A DNA stretch of 32,000 nt from an uncultured Chloroflexia bacterium (GCA_963841205.1 CAWJCH010000011.1:249727-281726), one strand, 5' to 3'. Positions 10,642 to 19,571 are shown, counted from the first letter of the stretch. Translations and numbers: made by a program. The notes: generated by a model not told the origin, from the sequence alone.

Positions 10642-11000
10642 CCGCGATGCGCGGGGTGGTAAGCGCCGTGCTGGCGCGCATGCGTGAGGAGCATGCTACA
10701 GAGGTGAGCCGTGTCAAGCTCATCCTCGGAGTCTCGGGCCACCTCACTGAAGACGCCGCTCGTCAACACTTCGCTGTGCTCGCTGAGGGGACGCCTGCGG
10801 AGCACGCGGAACTGGACATTGAGTGGCAACCGGCAACATACCAGTGCTTTGAGTGCCTGCATCAGTTCAGCAGCATCGAGCCGCCCGACGTGGTGGTCTG
10901 CCCCATGTGCGGCGGTCTCGCGTTGGAGATCGCCCACTCGGATGAGTGCTATGCCGCTGAGATCGATCTCGACGGAGTCGAGCAAGCCATTTCGTCGTGA
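10629..11000 (+). CDS. hypA: Hydrogenase nickel insertion protein HypA
   Basis: N-terminal MHE motif. Zn ribbon CFEC...CPMCG. Overlaps the hupD end by 13 nt. Confidence 0.9.
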   Translation: MHEVAAMRGVVSAVLARMREEHATEVSRVKLILGVSGHLTEDAARQHFAVLAEGTPAEHAELDIEWQPATYQCFECLHQFSSIEPPDVVVCPMCGGLALEIAHSDECYAAEIDLDGVEQAISS

Positions 11001-11065
11001 ATCACATGTGATGATTGCGGTGCGATTCCGCGCGCGCAAAGCATCTCGGCTTGGAGGTTTGCGTC

Positions 11066-11347
11066 ATGTGTCTGACACTGCCGGGTCTGGTGATCCAGGT
11101 GCAAGGCCCGATGGCCGAGATTGAGTCGGGAGGAAGACGCGACTGGTATAACGCGCTCGCACAGCCCGACGTGACGGTCGGCGACTATGTGCTCACGCAC
11201 GCCAACCTCATCGTCGCCATCATCTCGCAGGAGGAGGCTGAGCGTATGCAACAGGCGGCCGAAGAGGCGGAACGCCGCCTCCGCGAGGAGGATGAAGCCG
11301 AGCGTGCACGACAATCAGCGTCTGACAGCGCAGGGATTGACCTGTAG
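11066..11347 (+). CDS. hypC: Hydrogenase assembly chaperone HypC/HupF family
   Basis: Starts MCLTLPG (essential Cys2). Contains VGDYVLTHANLIVAI. GGAGG RBS 8 nt upstream. Acidic/Arg-rich C-terminal tail. Confidence 0.85.
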   Translation: MCLTLPGLVIQVQGPMAEIESGGRRDWYNALAQPDVTVGDYVLTHANLIVAIISQEEAERMQQAAEEAERRLREEDEAERARQSASDSAGIDL

Positions 11348-11427
11348 CAACAAGCAGACCGTTTGATGCGAGCAGCGCCACATCTGGAGTTCGTCAAGCA
11401 AGTTAGTACGTGAAGCGAGAGTGCACC

Positions 11428-12378
11428 ATGACCTCACCTGCGACGGGCGGCTCAAATCGCCGCGTGGATGTCCGCACTGGCTATTACTTTGCCGTCCTCA
11501 ACGCCATCATCAGCGGATTCGCCATCTACATCAACAGCCAGGGCGTCAAGACGTTTAGCGACTCGACGCTCTACACCGGGCTCAAGAACGCGGTGGTCGG
11601 CGTCGCGCTTGTCATCCCATTCTTCTTCATGGCAAACAGTCGCGCCGAACTCAAGCGCCTCACTGGGCGGCAGTGGGGGTTGCTGGCTCTGCTCGCCGTC
11701 ATCGGCGGCAGTGTTCCTTATGCCCTGTTCTTCCGCGGACTTCAGCTTACCACGCCCGTCACGAGCTCGCTCCTCAACCATGCGCAGTTCGTGATCGTCG
11801 CGCTGCTCGCGATCCTCTTCCTCGGCGAGCGTCTTGGCGTGATCATCTGGTTTGCCCTGATTGCCCTTCTCGTCGGGACGACCCTCGGCTCCAATCTCCA
11901 TACGCTTGTTTGGAACGAGGGGACGGTGCTGGTCGCGCTCTCTACGCTGCTCTTCGCCGCGGGCGTCGTGCTGGCGAAGCGACTCTTGAGTGAACTCTCG
12001 ACGCTCACTGTCATGGCGGCGAAAATGTGCGCTGGCTCTGCGATGCTGTTGATGTACGTTGCCGCGACGGGCCACCTCGGCGCTGTTGCCAGCCTCACGG
12101 CGACGCAGTGGGACTACGTCCTCGTCACCGGGCTGATCTTGCTTGCTTTCACCTACACCGCGTTTATGGCGCTCCGCCACGCCTCGGCGACGGTCGCCAC
12201 GGCGATTCCCGCGGCGGCCCCGCTGATCACGACACTGTTGACCGTTCTTGCCGCGCCACACATTACGCTTGCCCCCGTGAACGGTATTGGATTGGGTGTC
12301 ATCGCGCTGGCCGCCGCAGTTATCTTTGTGCTCGGCCTGCGGCGCGAAACTGTCGGCGCGAAAGGCACGATCGCGTGA
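11428..12378 (+). CDS. EamA/DMT-family transporter (10 TM)
   Basis: Hydrophobic repeated EamA halves. ATG 11428 (the track start 11410 is GTG). Confidence 0.75.
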   Translation: MTSPATGGSNRRVDVRTGYYFAVLNAIISGFAIYINSQGVKTFSDSTLYTGLKNAVVGVALVIPFFFMANSRAELKRLTGRQWGLLALLAVIGGSVPYALFFRGLQLTTPVTSSLLNHAQFVIVALLAILFLGERLGVIIWFALIALLVGTTLGSNLHTLVWNEGTVLVALSTLLFAAGVVLAKRLLSELSTLTVMAAKMCAGSAMLLMYVAATGHLGAVASLTATQWDYVLVTGLILLAFTYTAFMALRHASATVATAIPAAAPLITTLLTVLAAPHITLAPVNGIGLGVIALAAAVIFVLGLRRETVGAKGTIA

Positions 12379-13142
12379 GCGCCAACCCTTCAATGAATTC
12401 CGGTGGCGTATCGGGTGCTGTGCTCTTTGGCCGGTACGCATTTCCGCCGAATCGCCTCGGTTACTGTGGACCGGAGGATCATGTTGCGCTGCTCGAGTAT
12501 GTGTCGGAGAAGCGCACCGAGCGCGGACTTGTTGAATTGGAGAAGCGCTTCTCCGGTGCGTATCCATATCTGCAACTGATCGCTCAGGCCAATAGCATCG
12601 CCGATCCATTTGATCGGCGAGTCGTCGAGGCCTATTGGATCGGTAACGGTTGTCTGGATCGCGTAGGAGCGGCAGACTTCCAAGAATCGCTTCATGAACG
12701 CTTCCGCGACCGTATGGACTCGCGCAGCTTCGGTTGGCTCGAGACCAAGCTCGAGTTGGGCGCGCGCCCGCACCACAACTTCCACGTCTTCGATGTCTAT
12801 ATGCGTGCTGGTCTAATGAATGATCGTACCGCGCCGATCCTTTTGGAGACGATGGACAGCTGTCGCATTAGTTGGGGAACGGTGGTTGCTCTGGATGGTG
12901 CCGAACTTATTGTGGAGCGATCGGCGCTGGAGCTTCTTGGCGGGAAGCTCGAACTCGGTGCTCCGCGTCACGCGCGCATCCTTCGTCAACTTGACGGTCG
13001 GGGATTTGCCGATGATGTGCGTCCTGGCGACATCGTCTCAGTCCACTGGAACTGGGCCTGTGACGTGCTCAAACCTGACGCTCTGACCCGGCTCAAACGC
13101 TCAAATACTCGGGCACTCGAGCTTGCGAACACCACCCTTTGA
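12375..13142 (+). CDS. Conserved hypothetical protein; C-terminal HypC-like GDxVxVHW motif
   Basis: GTG 12375 overlaps the EamA stop (GTGA); alternative ATG at 12393. Sequence ...YAFPPNRLGYCGPEDH...RPGDIVSVHWNWACDVL. No family confidently recognised. Confidence 0.55.
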   Translation: MSANPSMNSGGVSGAVLFGRYAFPPNRLGYCGPEDHVALLEYVSEKRTERGLVELEKRFSGAYPYLQLIAQANSIADPFDRRVVEAYWIGNGCLDRVGAADFQESLHERFRDRMDSRSFGWLETKLELGARPHHNFHVFDVYMRAGLMNDRTAPILLETMDSCRISWGTVVALDGAELIVERSALELLGGKLELGAPRHARILRQLDGRGFADDVRPGDIVSVHWNWACDVLKPDALTRLKRSNTRALELANTTL

Positions 13143-13155
13143 CCGCTGGCCTGTT

Positions 13156-13179
13156 GAACAATTGCACTGCGAATTGTTC
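13156..13179 (+). terminator. Hairpin after the hypothetical gene (possible terminator)
   Basis: GAACAATT-gcactgcg-AATTGTTC forms an 8-bp stem 14 nt after the stop. There is no clear T-tract. Confidence 0.3.
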
Positions 13180-13185
13180 GCTCTA

Positions 13186-14257
13186 CTGACCTCGGCGTGA
13201 GAGCATGAATCTTGCGAGCACTGGGGGTATGAGTACATCCAAGAGACTCGCGGACTCCTGGGAATGGCAGCGTCAGCGCGCCTGGGAGTTGCACCACCAA
13301 GGTTGGTGGCAGAAGGACATCGCGGCAGCGTTGGGCGTCAGTTGCGCCGCCGTCTGCCAGTGGATCAAGCGGGCGCACGAGAAGGGCGTGGAGGCGCTGC
13401 GCACGCAGCCCCGCCCCGGTGGCCCCGCCAAGTTGACGGTCGAGCAGCGCGCCCAGATCCCGGCGTTGTTGGCGCGCGGGGCCGAGACGTATGGATTCCG
13501 CGGCGACGTGTGGACGGCCAGCCGCGTCGCGGTGGTGATCTGGCGCACCTTTGGTGTCCGCTATCACCGCGATCAGGTCAGCCGCTTGTTGCGCCAGGCG
13601 GGCTGGAGTCGCCAGCAGCCTATCGAGCGGGCCGCGCAGCGCGACGAGCAGGCCATTGCGCAGTGGTATGCCGAGCGCTGGCCAGCGCTCCAAAAAAGCA
13701 GCTGAGGAAGGTTCCACCATCGTCTGGGGAGACGAAGCCGGTTTCTACCTGTTGCCCTTGGCGGTGCGCACGTGGGCGCCGCGGGGGCAGACGCCGATCC
13801 TACACGTCCCCCTGCCCCATGACCATCTGGCAGCGATCAGTGGCATCACGCTGGACGGGCGCCTCGACCTGCAGACGCGGAAAGACGCCTTCAACGCCGA
13901 AGGGGTCGTGGGCTTCCTGCGCGTGAGGCACGCGCAAGCTGCGCGGCAAGGTCCTGGTCATCTGGGACGGATCGCCGATCCACAAGGGGCAGCCGATCAA
14001 GGATTTCCTCACGCGCGGCGCGGCGAAGCGCCTCCACCTGGAACGCTTGCCCGGCTACGCGCCCGACCTCAATCCGGACGAGGGGATCTGGAACTTGCTC
14101 AAGCGCGTCGAGCTCAAGAACCGCTGCTGCCGCGACCTGGCCGAACTCAACCTGGAGCTGCGCCGCGCCAAAGAGCGCTTGCGCTACAAGCGCGACCTCA
14201 TCCAGGCCTGTTCGGTCCACTGTGGCTACTCGGTTTAGCAAACGATGCCGAGGTCAG
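13186..14257 (+). mobile_element. IS630-family insertion sequence (1072 bp) with TA target duplication
   Basis: TIRs CTGACCTCGGC (13186-13196) and GCCGAGGTCAG (14247-14257), flanked by TA at 13184-85 and TA at 14258-59. Confidence 0.8.
13205..14238 (+). pseudogene. IS630-family DDE transposase, two +1 frame disruptions
   Basis: HTH N-terminus. Segments ...WPALQK / KAAEEGSTIVWGDEAGFYL... / KLRGKVLVIWDGSPIH...LPGYAPDLNPDEGIW (DDE motif region). Breaks at the A6 run 13692-13697 and about 13935. Confidence 0.8.
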
Positions 14258-14284
14258 TAAGTCATGGTCCTGACATGCTGTGGA

Positions 14285-14331
14285 GGTTCTCTTCACCTCT
14301 GCGGGTCATCCGTGCGGAGGTGAAGAGAACC
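14285..14331. repeat. Palindromic pair of the dispersed motif (copies b and b')
   Basis: GGTTCTCTTCACCTCTGC (14285-14302), an 11-nt loop, then GCGGAGGTGAAGAGAACC (14314-14331). 18-bp arms with one mismatch. Confidence 0.85.
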
Positions 14332-14419
14332 GTTTCCGGGCGAGTCAAGGGTATCCTCAACGCGAGTGGTGGTGGATAACGTAACTCACCCAACCGTCAT
14401 TGCACCAAGGATGGTTATC

Positions 14420-16024
14420 TCATGCATTGGCAGCTGGAGATGCTGGCGCTCCTGCGGCAACTTCAGCATGCGCCTGCCGATAGTGATCTCGCCAGATCAG
14501 GCGATGGATGCCTACGACCTTGGGGATGCGGTTCAACCCCGGGATGTAGGGGACGAAGACGAGGATCAGCGTGAGGATCGCCATGGTGATCCACACGGCG
14601 ATGTCGGCGTTCGGGCCGTTGAACGGGCCAAATGGCACCTGGTACCAGAAGGTGTAGAGCCAGAGCCATGCCTGGCCCGGGTACGCGCCCGTCTCGTTCA
14701 TCATGCCCCACTGGGTGCCCAGCAGATTGAGCTGAGCAGCCTTGCCCGGGAGGGCATCCTCCGCGAGGAACAGCAATGGCTTCGTGTAGTCGGTCTGGTA
14801 GAACCTGCCATCGCTGAGCAGCAGGCCGTCGAGCGCGCCGCTCCGTCCGATGTCGAGCAGCGATCCAAGCATCACCGGCAATGGGCCATAGTCACCCGTG
14901 GGCACAACCAACTGCCCTTGAGCATCGAGCGAGCCATCGACTTTGCCGAGCGCCGCGGCATAGTTGTTCTCCCAGGTTGTCTGTTGATCGGCTGACGCTG
15001 CGGCGAAGGTCTGCAACGCCGTGCTCACGTTGGTGTTCTTCACCGTGGCGAGGGGACCAAGCACGTAGGCCTGCGCCGTGTCGATCGGCAAGGAGACCCC
15101 CGCGAGTTGTTGCGGGGAAACCGGCCCGACTGACTGAACCGAACCGCTGTTGCTGTTGTAGGGCTGGCCGTACTGGGCCAGCAGGCTGTTGCCCGCGAGC
15201 TCGGAGAGCGAGACCGTGGTGAAGCCGAGCGGATCGGTCTGGGCCACGCTCTGCATCGTCAGCGGCGCGTCGTCGGGCGAGGAGAAGATGAAGGCGCACG
15301 CCGCCACCAGCACCAGCACGATCGCGCCGGAGAGCAGCACTTCCCGGATGAGATCGTACGGCGCCATGCGCACGCCCCGGTAGTACTGCTGCTGGGTCAT
15401 GCCGGGGGCGTAGGGCTCGCGCTGCTCGCCCGTGATGGGGAACGGGCGCACCACGCCACGCAGACGCACCATCAGCAGATGCAGCCCGACGAGCGCCGAG
15501 ACGACGAGCGGCAGGAGGTAGACGTGGATGGTATACATCTGCCCGAAGTTGAGCACGTTGAAGAAGCCGCCGACGCCGATCGAATTCATTGCATCCTTCG
15601 CGGAGGCGGCGATCCACTGCGAGTCGAAGTTGCTCTGCGAGAGGTAGCCGGTGAAGGCCGCCATGATGCTGACGACGAAGGTGATCGCGCCGATCGCCCA
15701 GGTGCGGCCGCGACCGTCACGCCAGGCGGCCTGGAAGAACATCGCCCACAGATGCAGCACCATGAAGAAGAAGAAGGCCTGTACGCTCCACAGATGAAGG
15801 CTGTTGAACCAATGACCGACGGCGTTGAGGTGCCACCACTGCGGGCCGAAGAACGCCAGCACTGTGCCGGAAGCGATCACGAGGATCAGGCTGGCGATGG
15901 TGAGCGCGCCGAAGAGATAGACGCTCGAACGCACGTAGGTGGGCTGTTGGTCCGGCAGCACCTGCTCGGCGGGAAATCGCGATCCAAGCTCCTCGCGAAG
16001 GGATTTCGTCCAATTCGAGGCCAT
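14420..16024 (-). CDS. Cytochrome b (b6 plus subunit-IV-like fusion) with a long hydrophilic insertion
   Basis: ATG 16024 (AAGGAGAGGGG RBS). Heme ligand pairs H-x13-H (SLHLWSVQAFFFFMVLH) and H-x14-H (IHVYLLPLVVSALVGLH). C-terminal TM helices. Confidence 0.8.
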   Translation of the reverse strand: MASNWTKSLREELGSRFPAEQVLPDQQPTYVRSSVYLFGALTIASLILVIASGTVLAFFGPQWWHLNAVGHWFNSLHLWSVQAFFFFMVLHLWAMFFQAAWRDGRGRTWAIGAITFVVSIMAAFTGYLSQSNFDSQWIAASAKDAMNSIGVGGFFNVLNFGQMYTIHVYLLPLVVSALVGLHLLMVRLRGVVRPFPITGEQREPYAPGMTQQQYYRGVRMAPYDLIREVLLSGAIVLVLVAACAFIFSSPDDAPLTMQSVAQTDPLGFTTVSLSELAGNSLLAQYGQPYNSNSGSVQSVGPVSPQQLAGVSLPIDTAQAYVLGPLATVKNTNVSTALQTFAAASADQQTTWENNYAAALGKVDGSLDAQGQLVVPTGDYGPLPVMLGSLLDIGRSGALDGLLLSDGRFYQTDYTKPLLFLAEDALPGKAAQLNLLGTQWGMMNETGAYPGQAWLWLYTFWYQVPFGPFNGPNADIAVWITMAILTLILVFVPYIPGLNRIPKVVGIHRLIWRDHYRQAHAEVAAGAPASPAANA

Positions 16025-16041
16025 AGCGGTCGCCCCTCTCC

Positions 16042-16167
16042 TTAGTTGTCTTGCTCTTGCGGGAGCTTGAGGAACAATGCCAGGCCAAAGACCACCAGCA
16101 TCAGTCCGATGACGATCAGGTTGGGTACGCTGATGAGCAGGATGCCGATGTGAATGTACTGCGCCAC
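16042..16167 (-). CDS. Small (41 aa) single-TM protein upstream of cytochrome b
   Basis: GTG 16167 preceded by AAGGAGGAG with 6-nt spacing. Sequence VAQYIHIGILLISVPNLIVIGLMLVVFGLALFLKLPQEQDN. Its stop is 18 nt from the cytochrome b start. Confidence 0.45.
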   Translation of the reverse strand: MAQYIHIGILLISVPNLIVIGLMLVVFGLALFLKLPQEQDN

Positions 16168-16727
16168 GACGCTCCTCCTTCGCGGTACGGTCTTCTGCGC
16201 GCGCAAAAAGACACCGCACACAGCTTGGGAGTTTCTCGTCACAACGGCGTCACGAGCCCGCGCAGCCGCATCACATGGAAGTATCAGCCGCCGTGAGCGT
16301 GGATAGGTGCTAGACCATATCCAGTGCAACACAACCTGTCGGACTGAAACCGAAGGAAGCTGACACCGCGGTCATGCACCGTCACATCGCGTATTTAGAT
16401 CGCTCAATTATGTCAAATTCAATGTGCTATACGAACTGGCGAGCACTCTAAGTTTCGGATTCCTCATGCGATTCCTGACTCGGTGAGTGGGCCAGGCAAG
16501 GGTTTCACGATGTTGGTGTCCAATGATCATTCTCCACGCAAAAGGATTTGTCCTGAGAGGGAAGTGAGATAGTCCTCGCTCCTGCTGAGAGTCGACCGTG
16601 AGTCCTGACCGCTATCCTTGCCGTATCGTCGTTCATTATTTGCATTATGTTCGTCGACGCTACTGCACATGAAGCATCCGCGGTGGTGCGTCGAACCAAA
16701 TCACGACACCGGGAATGAGCGCACTAC

Positions 16728-17699
16728 ATGCCCGAAGCTCCGCGCGATTCGAATCGCATCGAAGCCATCGTGATGGATCTCGTCAGTCACGAACTCCGCA
16801 GCCCGCTCACCGCGATTCGTGGCTACGCCGAAACCCTGCTGCGACGAGTGGGACGACTCCCCCTGGAAGACCAAGAGGAGTTCCTGCATAACATCTTGCA
16901 GTCGACCACGCGATTGGAGTATCGCCTCAATCAGATGCTCGATCTCGCCGAGTTGCGCGCCGGCAGGGTCTCACCACCGTCGGAACACGTCGATATGGCC
17001 TACGCGATCCGCGCGGCGATCGAGGTTGCCTGCGGGCGACCACGCCTCGAGACTTACGGCGATGCGACGATGGAGGACGCCCCCCTGCCACCACCGACGA
17101 TCGCGCTGCATCTCATCTCCGACGAGACCGCCAAGACGCCTCCTGCACAGGCGGAGAGCGACGCGCTCGCCTTCCCGGTGCTCGGCGATGCGCGACGGCT
17201 GCACGATGTCCTGCTGCACGTCCTCGCCAACGCGCTGCGCCACTCCCCCCCAGGGAACACGGTTGAGGTCCAGGTGCGCTCCATCGCACGATGCGACGCC
17301 TTCGCCGAAGCAGCCGCGCGCGGCACTCTCGGCCTGGAGGATTCAGTCAGGGCATCGCAGGTACGCCCTGAACGTGAATCGGGGGCAAAGTCGGGCACAG
17401 GAAGTCTCCCGCAACTCCCTCCCGCGCCCCGCGTGATCGAGATCGCCATCAACGATGCGGGAGCTGGCATCGCGCCGGAGCATTTGGAGCGCATCTTCGA
17501 GCCCTTCTATCAGGTCGATCAGCAGCTCTCGCGGGGCGTGGAGGGACTGGGGTTGGGGTTGCCCATCTGCCGGGAAGTGATCCACCTGCACGACGGGCTG
17601 ATCTGGGCAGAAAGTGCCCCAGGCGACGGAACGTCGATTCGCATCCTGCTCCCGCGTCGGGAGCAAGAACCATCCACGAGTCGGCGAAAACGACGCTGA
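16728..17699 (+). CDS. Histidine kinase lacking a sensor/TM region (HisKA plus HATPase_c only)
   Basis: H-box VSHELRSPLTAIRGY begins at residue 19. N box LANALRHSP. G boxes NDAGAGI and GLGLGLPI. About 50-aa insertion before G1. Confidence 0.75.
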   Translation: MPEAPRDSNRIEAIVMDLVSHELRSPLTAIRGYAETLLRRVGRLPLEDQEEFLHNILQSTTRLEYRLNQMLDLAELRAGRVSPPSEHVDMAYAIRAAIEVACGRPRLETYGDATMEDAPLPPPTIALHLISDETAKTPPAQAESDALAFPVLGDARRLHDVLLHVLANALRHSPPGNTVEVQVRSIARCDAFAEAAARGTLGLEDSVRASQVRPERESGAKSGTGSLPQLPPAPRVIEIAINDAGAGIAPEHLERIFEPFYQVDQQLSRGVEGLGLGLPICREVIHLHDGLIWAESAPGDGTSIRILLPRREQEPSTSRRKRR

Positions 17700-17874
17700 T
17701 GCTCGCAGGGACGGCTTCAGGACCGCAGAACGAGTCAGCGCAAATTGGCGGGTCATGTGTGACAGGATGGGCACGGCTACGCGGCATAGGGCATAACATG
17801 GTTGAGGGCGATGTGAGCACTTGACGTTTCGGGCAGCTCCATTTGGTAGTTGCAGACCCACCTGCTGTAGCAGT

Positions 17875-17892
17875 GATTCTGTTCACCTCAGT
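17875..17892 (+). repeat. Degenerate dispersed-motif copy e (GATTCTGTTCACCTCAGT, 14/18)
   Basis: Ends one nt before the IS481 left TIR. Confidence 0.5.
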
Positions 17893-17893
17893 G

Positions 17894-19048
17894 TGTACGG
17901 TTAACCTTCTTCCCGTGCATTATGCTAGACTACTCGTGAGGTGAGCAGGCTAGCGGGAGGAAGGGAGCAGACGAGCAGGGCGACGGCGACGACGGCGACC
18001 ACCACGACGTCGAAGGGCTCGAAGGCGCCGGCTGAGAAGCTGGCGCGGCAGCGCCTGAGCGTGCTGGAGCTGGCGCTGAGCCTGGGCAGCGTCAGCGAGG
18101 CCTGCCGCCAACGCGGCATGAACCGCAGCCAGTTCTACGAGTTCAAGCGGCGCTACCAGGAGCAGGGGCTGGCAGGCCTCAAGGACCTGCCGCCGATTCA
18201 TAAGACGCACCCGCAGACCACGCCGCCCGAGGTGGTCGAGCGGGTGCTGGCGTTGAGCCTGGAGCGGCCCGGCTGGGGCTGCTACAAGCTCAGCGACTTC
18301 CTCAAACTGCAGGGTAGCAGCGTCAGCGGCCCGACCATCCAAGGCCTCCTGGCCAAGCAGGGCCTGGGTAGCAAATACGAGCGCCTGCTGCGGCTGGAGG
18401 AACGGACGCTGGAAGAAGGGATCGAGTTGACCCCGGAGCAGGTCGCGCTGCTCGAGAAGGCCAACCCCTGCTTCCGCGAGCGCCACGTGGAATCCGCGCG
18501 GCCCGGCGAGCTGCTCTGCCAGGACACGTATTTCGTCGGCGTCTTCAAGGGTGTTGGGAAGGTGTATTTGCACTCGGTCGTCGACACCTTCGGTTCGTAC
18601 GCCTTCGGCTTCGTGTATGCCGGGCGCGTCCCCGAGGCGGCGGTCGCGGTGCTGCACAACGACGTCCTGCCCTTCTATCAGGATCGCGGCATCCCGCTGG
18701 GCGCTGTGCTCACCGACAACGGGCGCGAGTTCTGCGGCACCGAGGCGCACCCCTTCGAGCTCTATCTCGCACTCAATGACGTCGAACACCGCCGCACCAA
18801 GGTGCGCAGTCCCCGCACCAACGGGTTCGTCGAGCGCTTCCACTTCACCTTCCAGGAAGAATTCCTCAAGCCGGCGCTGTACTCACGGTTCTACCCGACG
18901 CCGGAAGACCTGCAGGTGGACCTGGACACCTGGCTGGTCCATTACAATACCGAGCGACCGCACCGCGGCTACCGCAACCGCGGCAAACGCCCGATGGATA
19001 CCGTCAACGACTACTTGACACGTGTGCGCCAAGAAGGTTAACCGTACA
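17894..19048 (+). mobile_element. IS481-family insertion sequence (1155 bp)
   Basis: Perfect 18-bp TIRs: TGTACGGTTAACCTTCTT (17894-17911) and its reverse complement (19031-19048). The transposase stop lies inside the right TIR. No flanking direct repeat was seen. Confidence 0.85.
17941..19041 (+). CDS. IS481-family transposase (HTH plus rve/DDE integrase core)
   Basis: 366-aa intact ORF. Sequence ...LCQDTYFVG...TDNGREF...NGFVERFH...YNTERPHRG. Confidence 0.9.
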   Translation: MSRLAGGREQTSRATATTATTTTSKGSKAPAEKLARQRLSVLELALSLGSVSEACRQRGMNRSQFYEFKRRYQEQGLAGLKDLPPIHKTHPQTTPPEVVERVLALSLERPGWGCYKLSDFLKLQGSSVSGPTIQGLLAKQGLGSKYERLLRLEERTLEEGIELTPEQVALLEKANPCFRERHVESARPGELLCQDTYFVGVFKGVGKVYLHSVVDTFGSYAFGFVYAGRVPEAAVAVLHNDVLPFYQDRGIPLGAVLTDNGREFCGTEAHPFELYLALNDVEHRRTKVRSPRTNGFVERFHFTFQEEFLKPALYSRFYPTPEDLQVDLDTWLVHYNTERPHRGYRNRGKRPMDTVNDYLTRVRQEG

Positions 19049-19166
19049 TCCTGGGTCTCGCCTGCGACATCTTCCACCTTCGTCGTGCGCCTTTGTTCTC
19101 CCTTGCCTGAAGGATGTCAAAAGAGCCAAAGCGTCTGTACTTCCTGGGCTTGTTCTCGCATCTCTT

Positions 19167-19571
19167 CTAGAGATTCCTCACATCACCATCCAAGACTCTC
19201 GCCTCAAATGCCAGCACCTCTTCAAGAATATAGGGCTGGTCTGGAATGGGATTAAGCAAATAGATTCTCTTACCCAAATAATGCGCGAATCCAAGCTCTA
19301 GAAAGGTATTTGCGCCAATGTAGTTCTTGATGTCGCTTTTAGTTACGTTAACGACCAGTACCGCATCAGACCTTTCAATCTTGCGAAAATGCTCACTGAC
19401 TAAATCATGTGCTCTCTTAGCCTGAACACGCGCAGATCCATCGTCCGACCAATAATCCAACCCGGGCACTTCAATGGGCATAAGCACTTCATGACCCATC
19501 TCCTCCAACCGTTCTTGAATTACAACCATAGTATCGAAGAACTTGAGAGAGCCACAGATGGCAATCTTCAT
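19167..19571 (-). CDS. Nucleoside 2-deoxyribosyltransferase-like family protein (134 aa)
   Basis: ATG 19571 with AAGGAGGA RBS. Sequence MKIAICGSLKFF...DAVLVVNVTKSDIKNYIGANTFLELGFAHYLGKRIYLLNPIP. Visibly AT-richer than the flanks. Confidence 0.6.
   Translation of the reverse strand: MKIAICGSLKFFDTMVVIQERLEEMGHEVLMPIEVPGLDYWSDDGSARVQAKRAHDLVSEHFRKIERSDAVLVVNVTKSDIKNYIGANTFLELGFAHYLGKRIYLLNPIPDQPYILEEVLAFEARVLDGDVRNL

Noticed and set aside
11452-12609. 385-aa ORF antisense to the EamA transporter. Similar long ORFs include 12986..13720(-), 17950..18843(-), 20333..21562(+), 7307..7957(-) and 21645..22310(-).
   Set aside because: These are shadow ORFs typical of high-GC DNA. They are Arg/Gly/Pro/Asp-rich low-complexity translations with no recognisable motifs, each lying opposite a gene with clear family signatures.
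13156-13179. 8-bp-stem hairpin considered as the IS630 left terminal repeat
   Set aside because: The true TIR pair (CTGACCTCGGC / GCCGAGGTCAG with TA flanks) starts at 13186. The hairpin has no counterpart at the right end.
13692-13697. A6 tract in the IS630 transposase as a programmed -1 ribosomal frameshift site
   Set aside because: The required change is +1, not -1. A second unrelated +1 break occurs at about 13935, and identical-type breaks occur in non-IS genes, so an indel is more likely than recoding.
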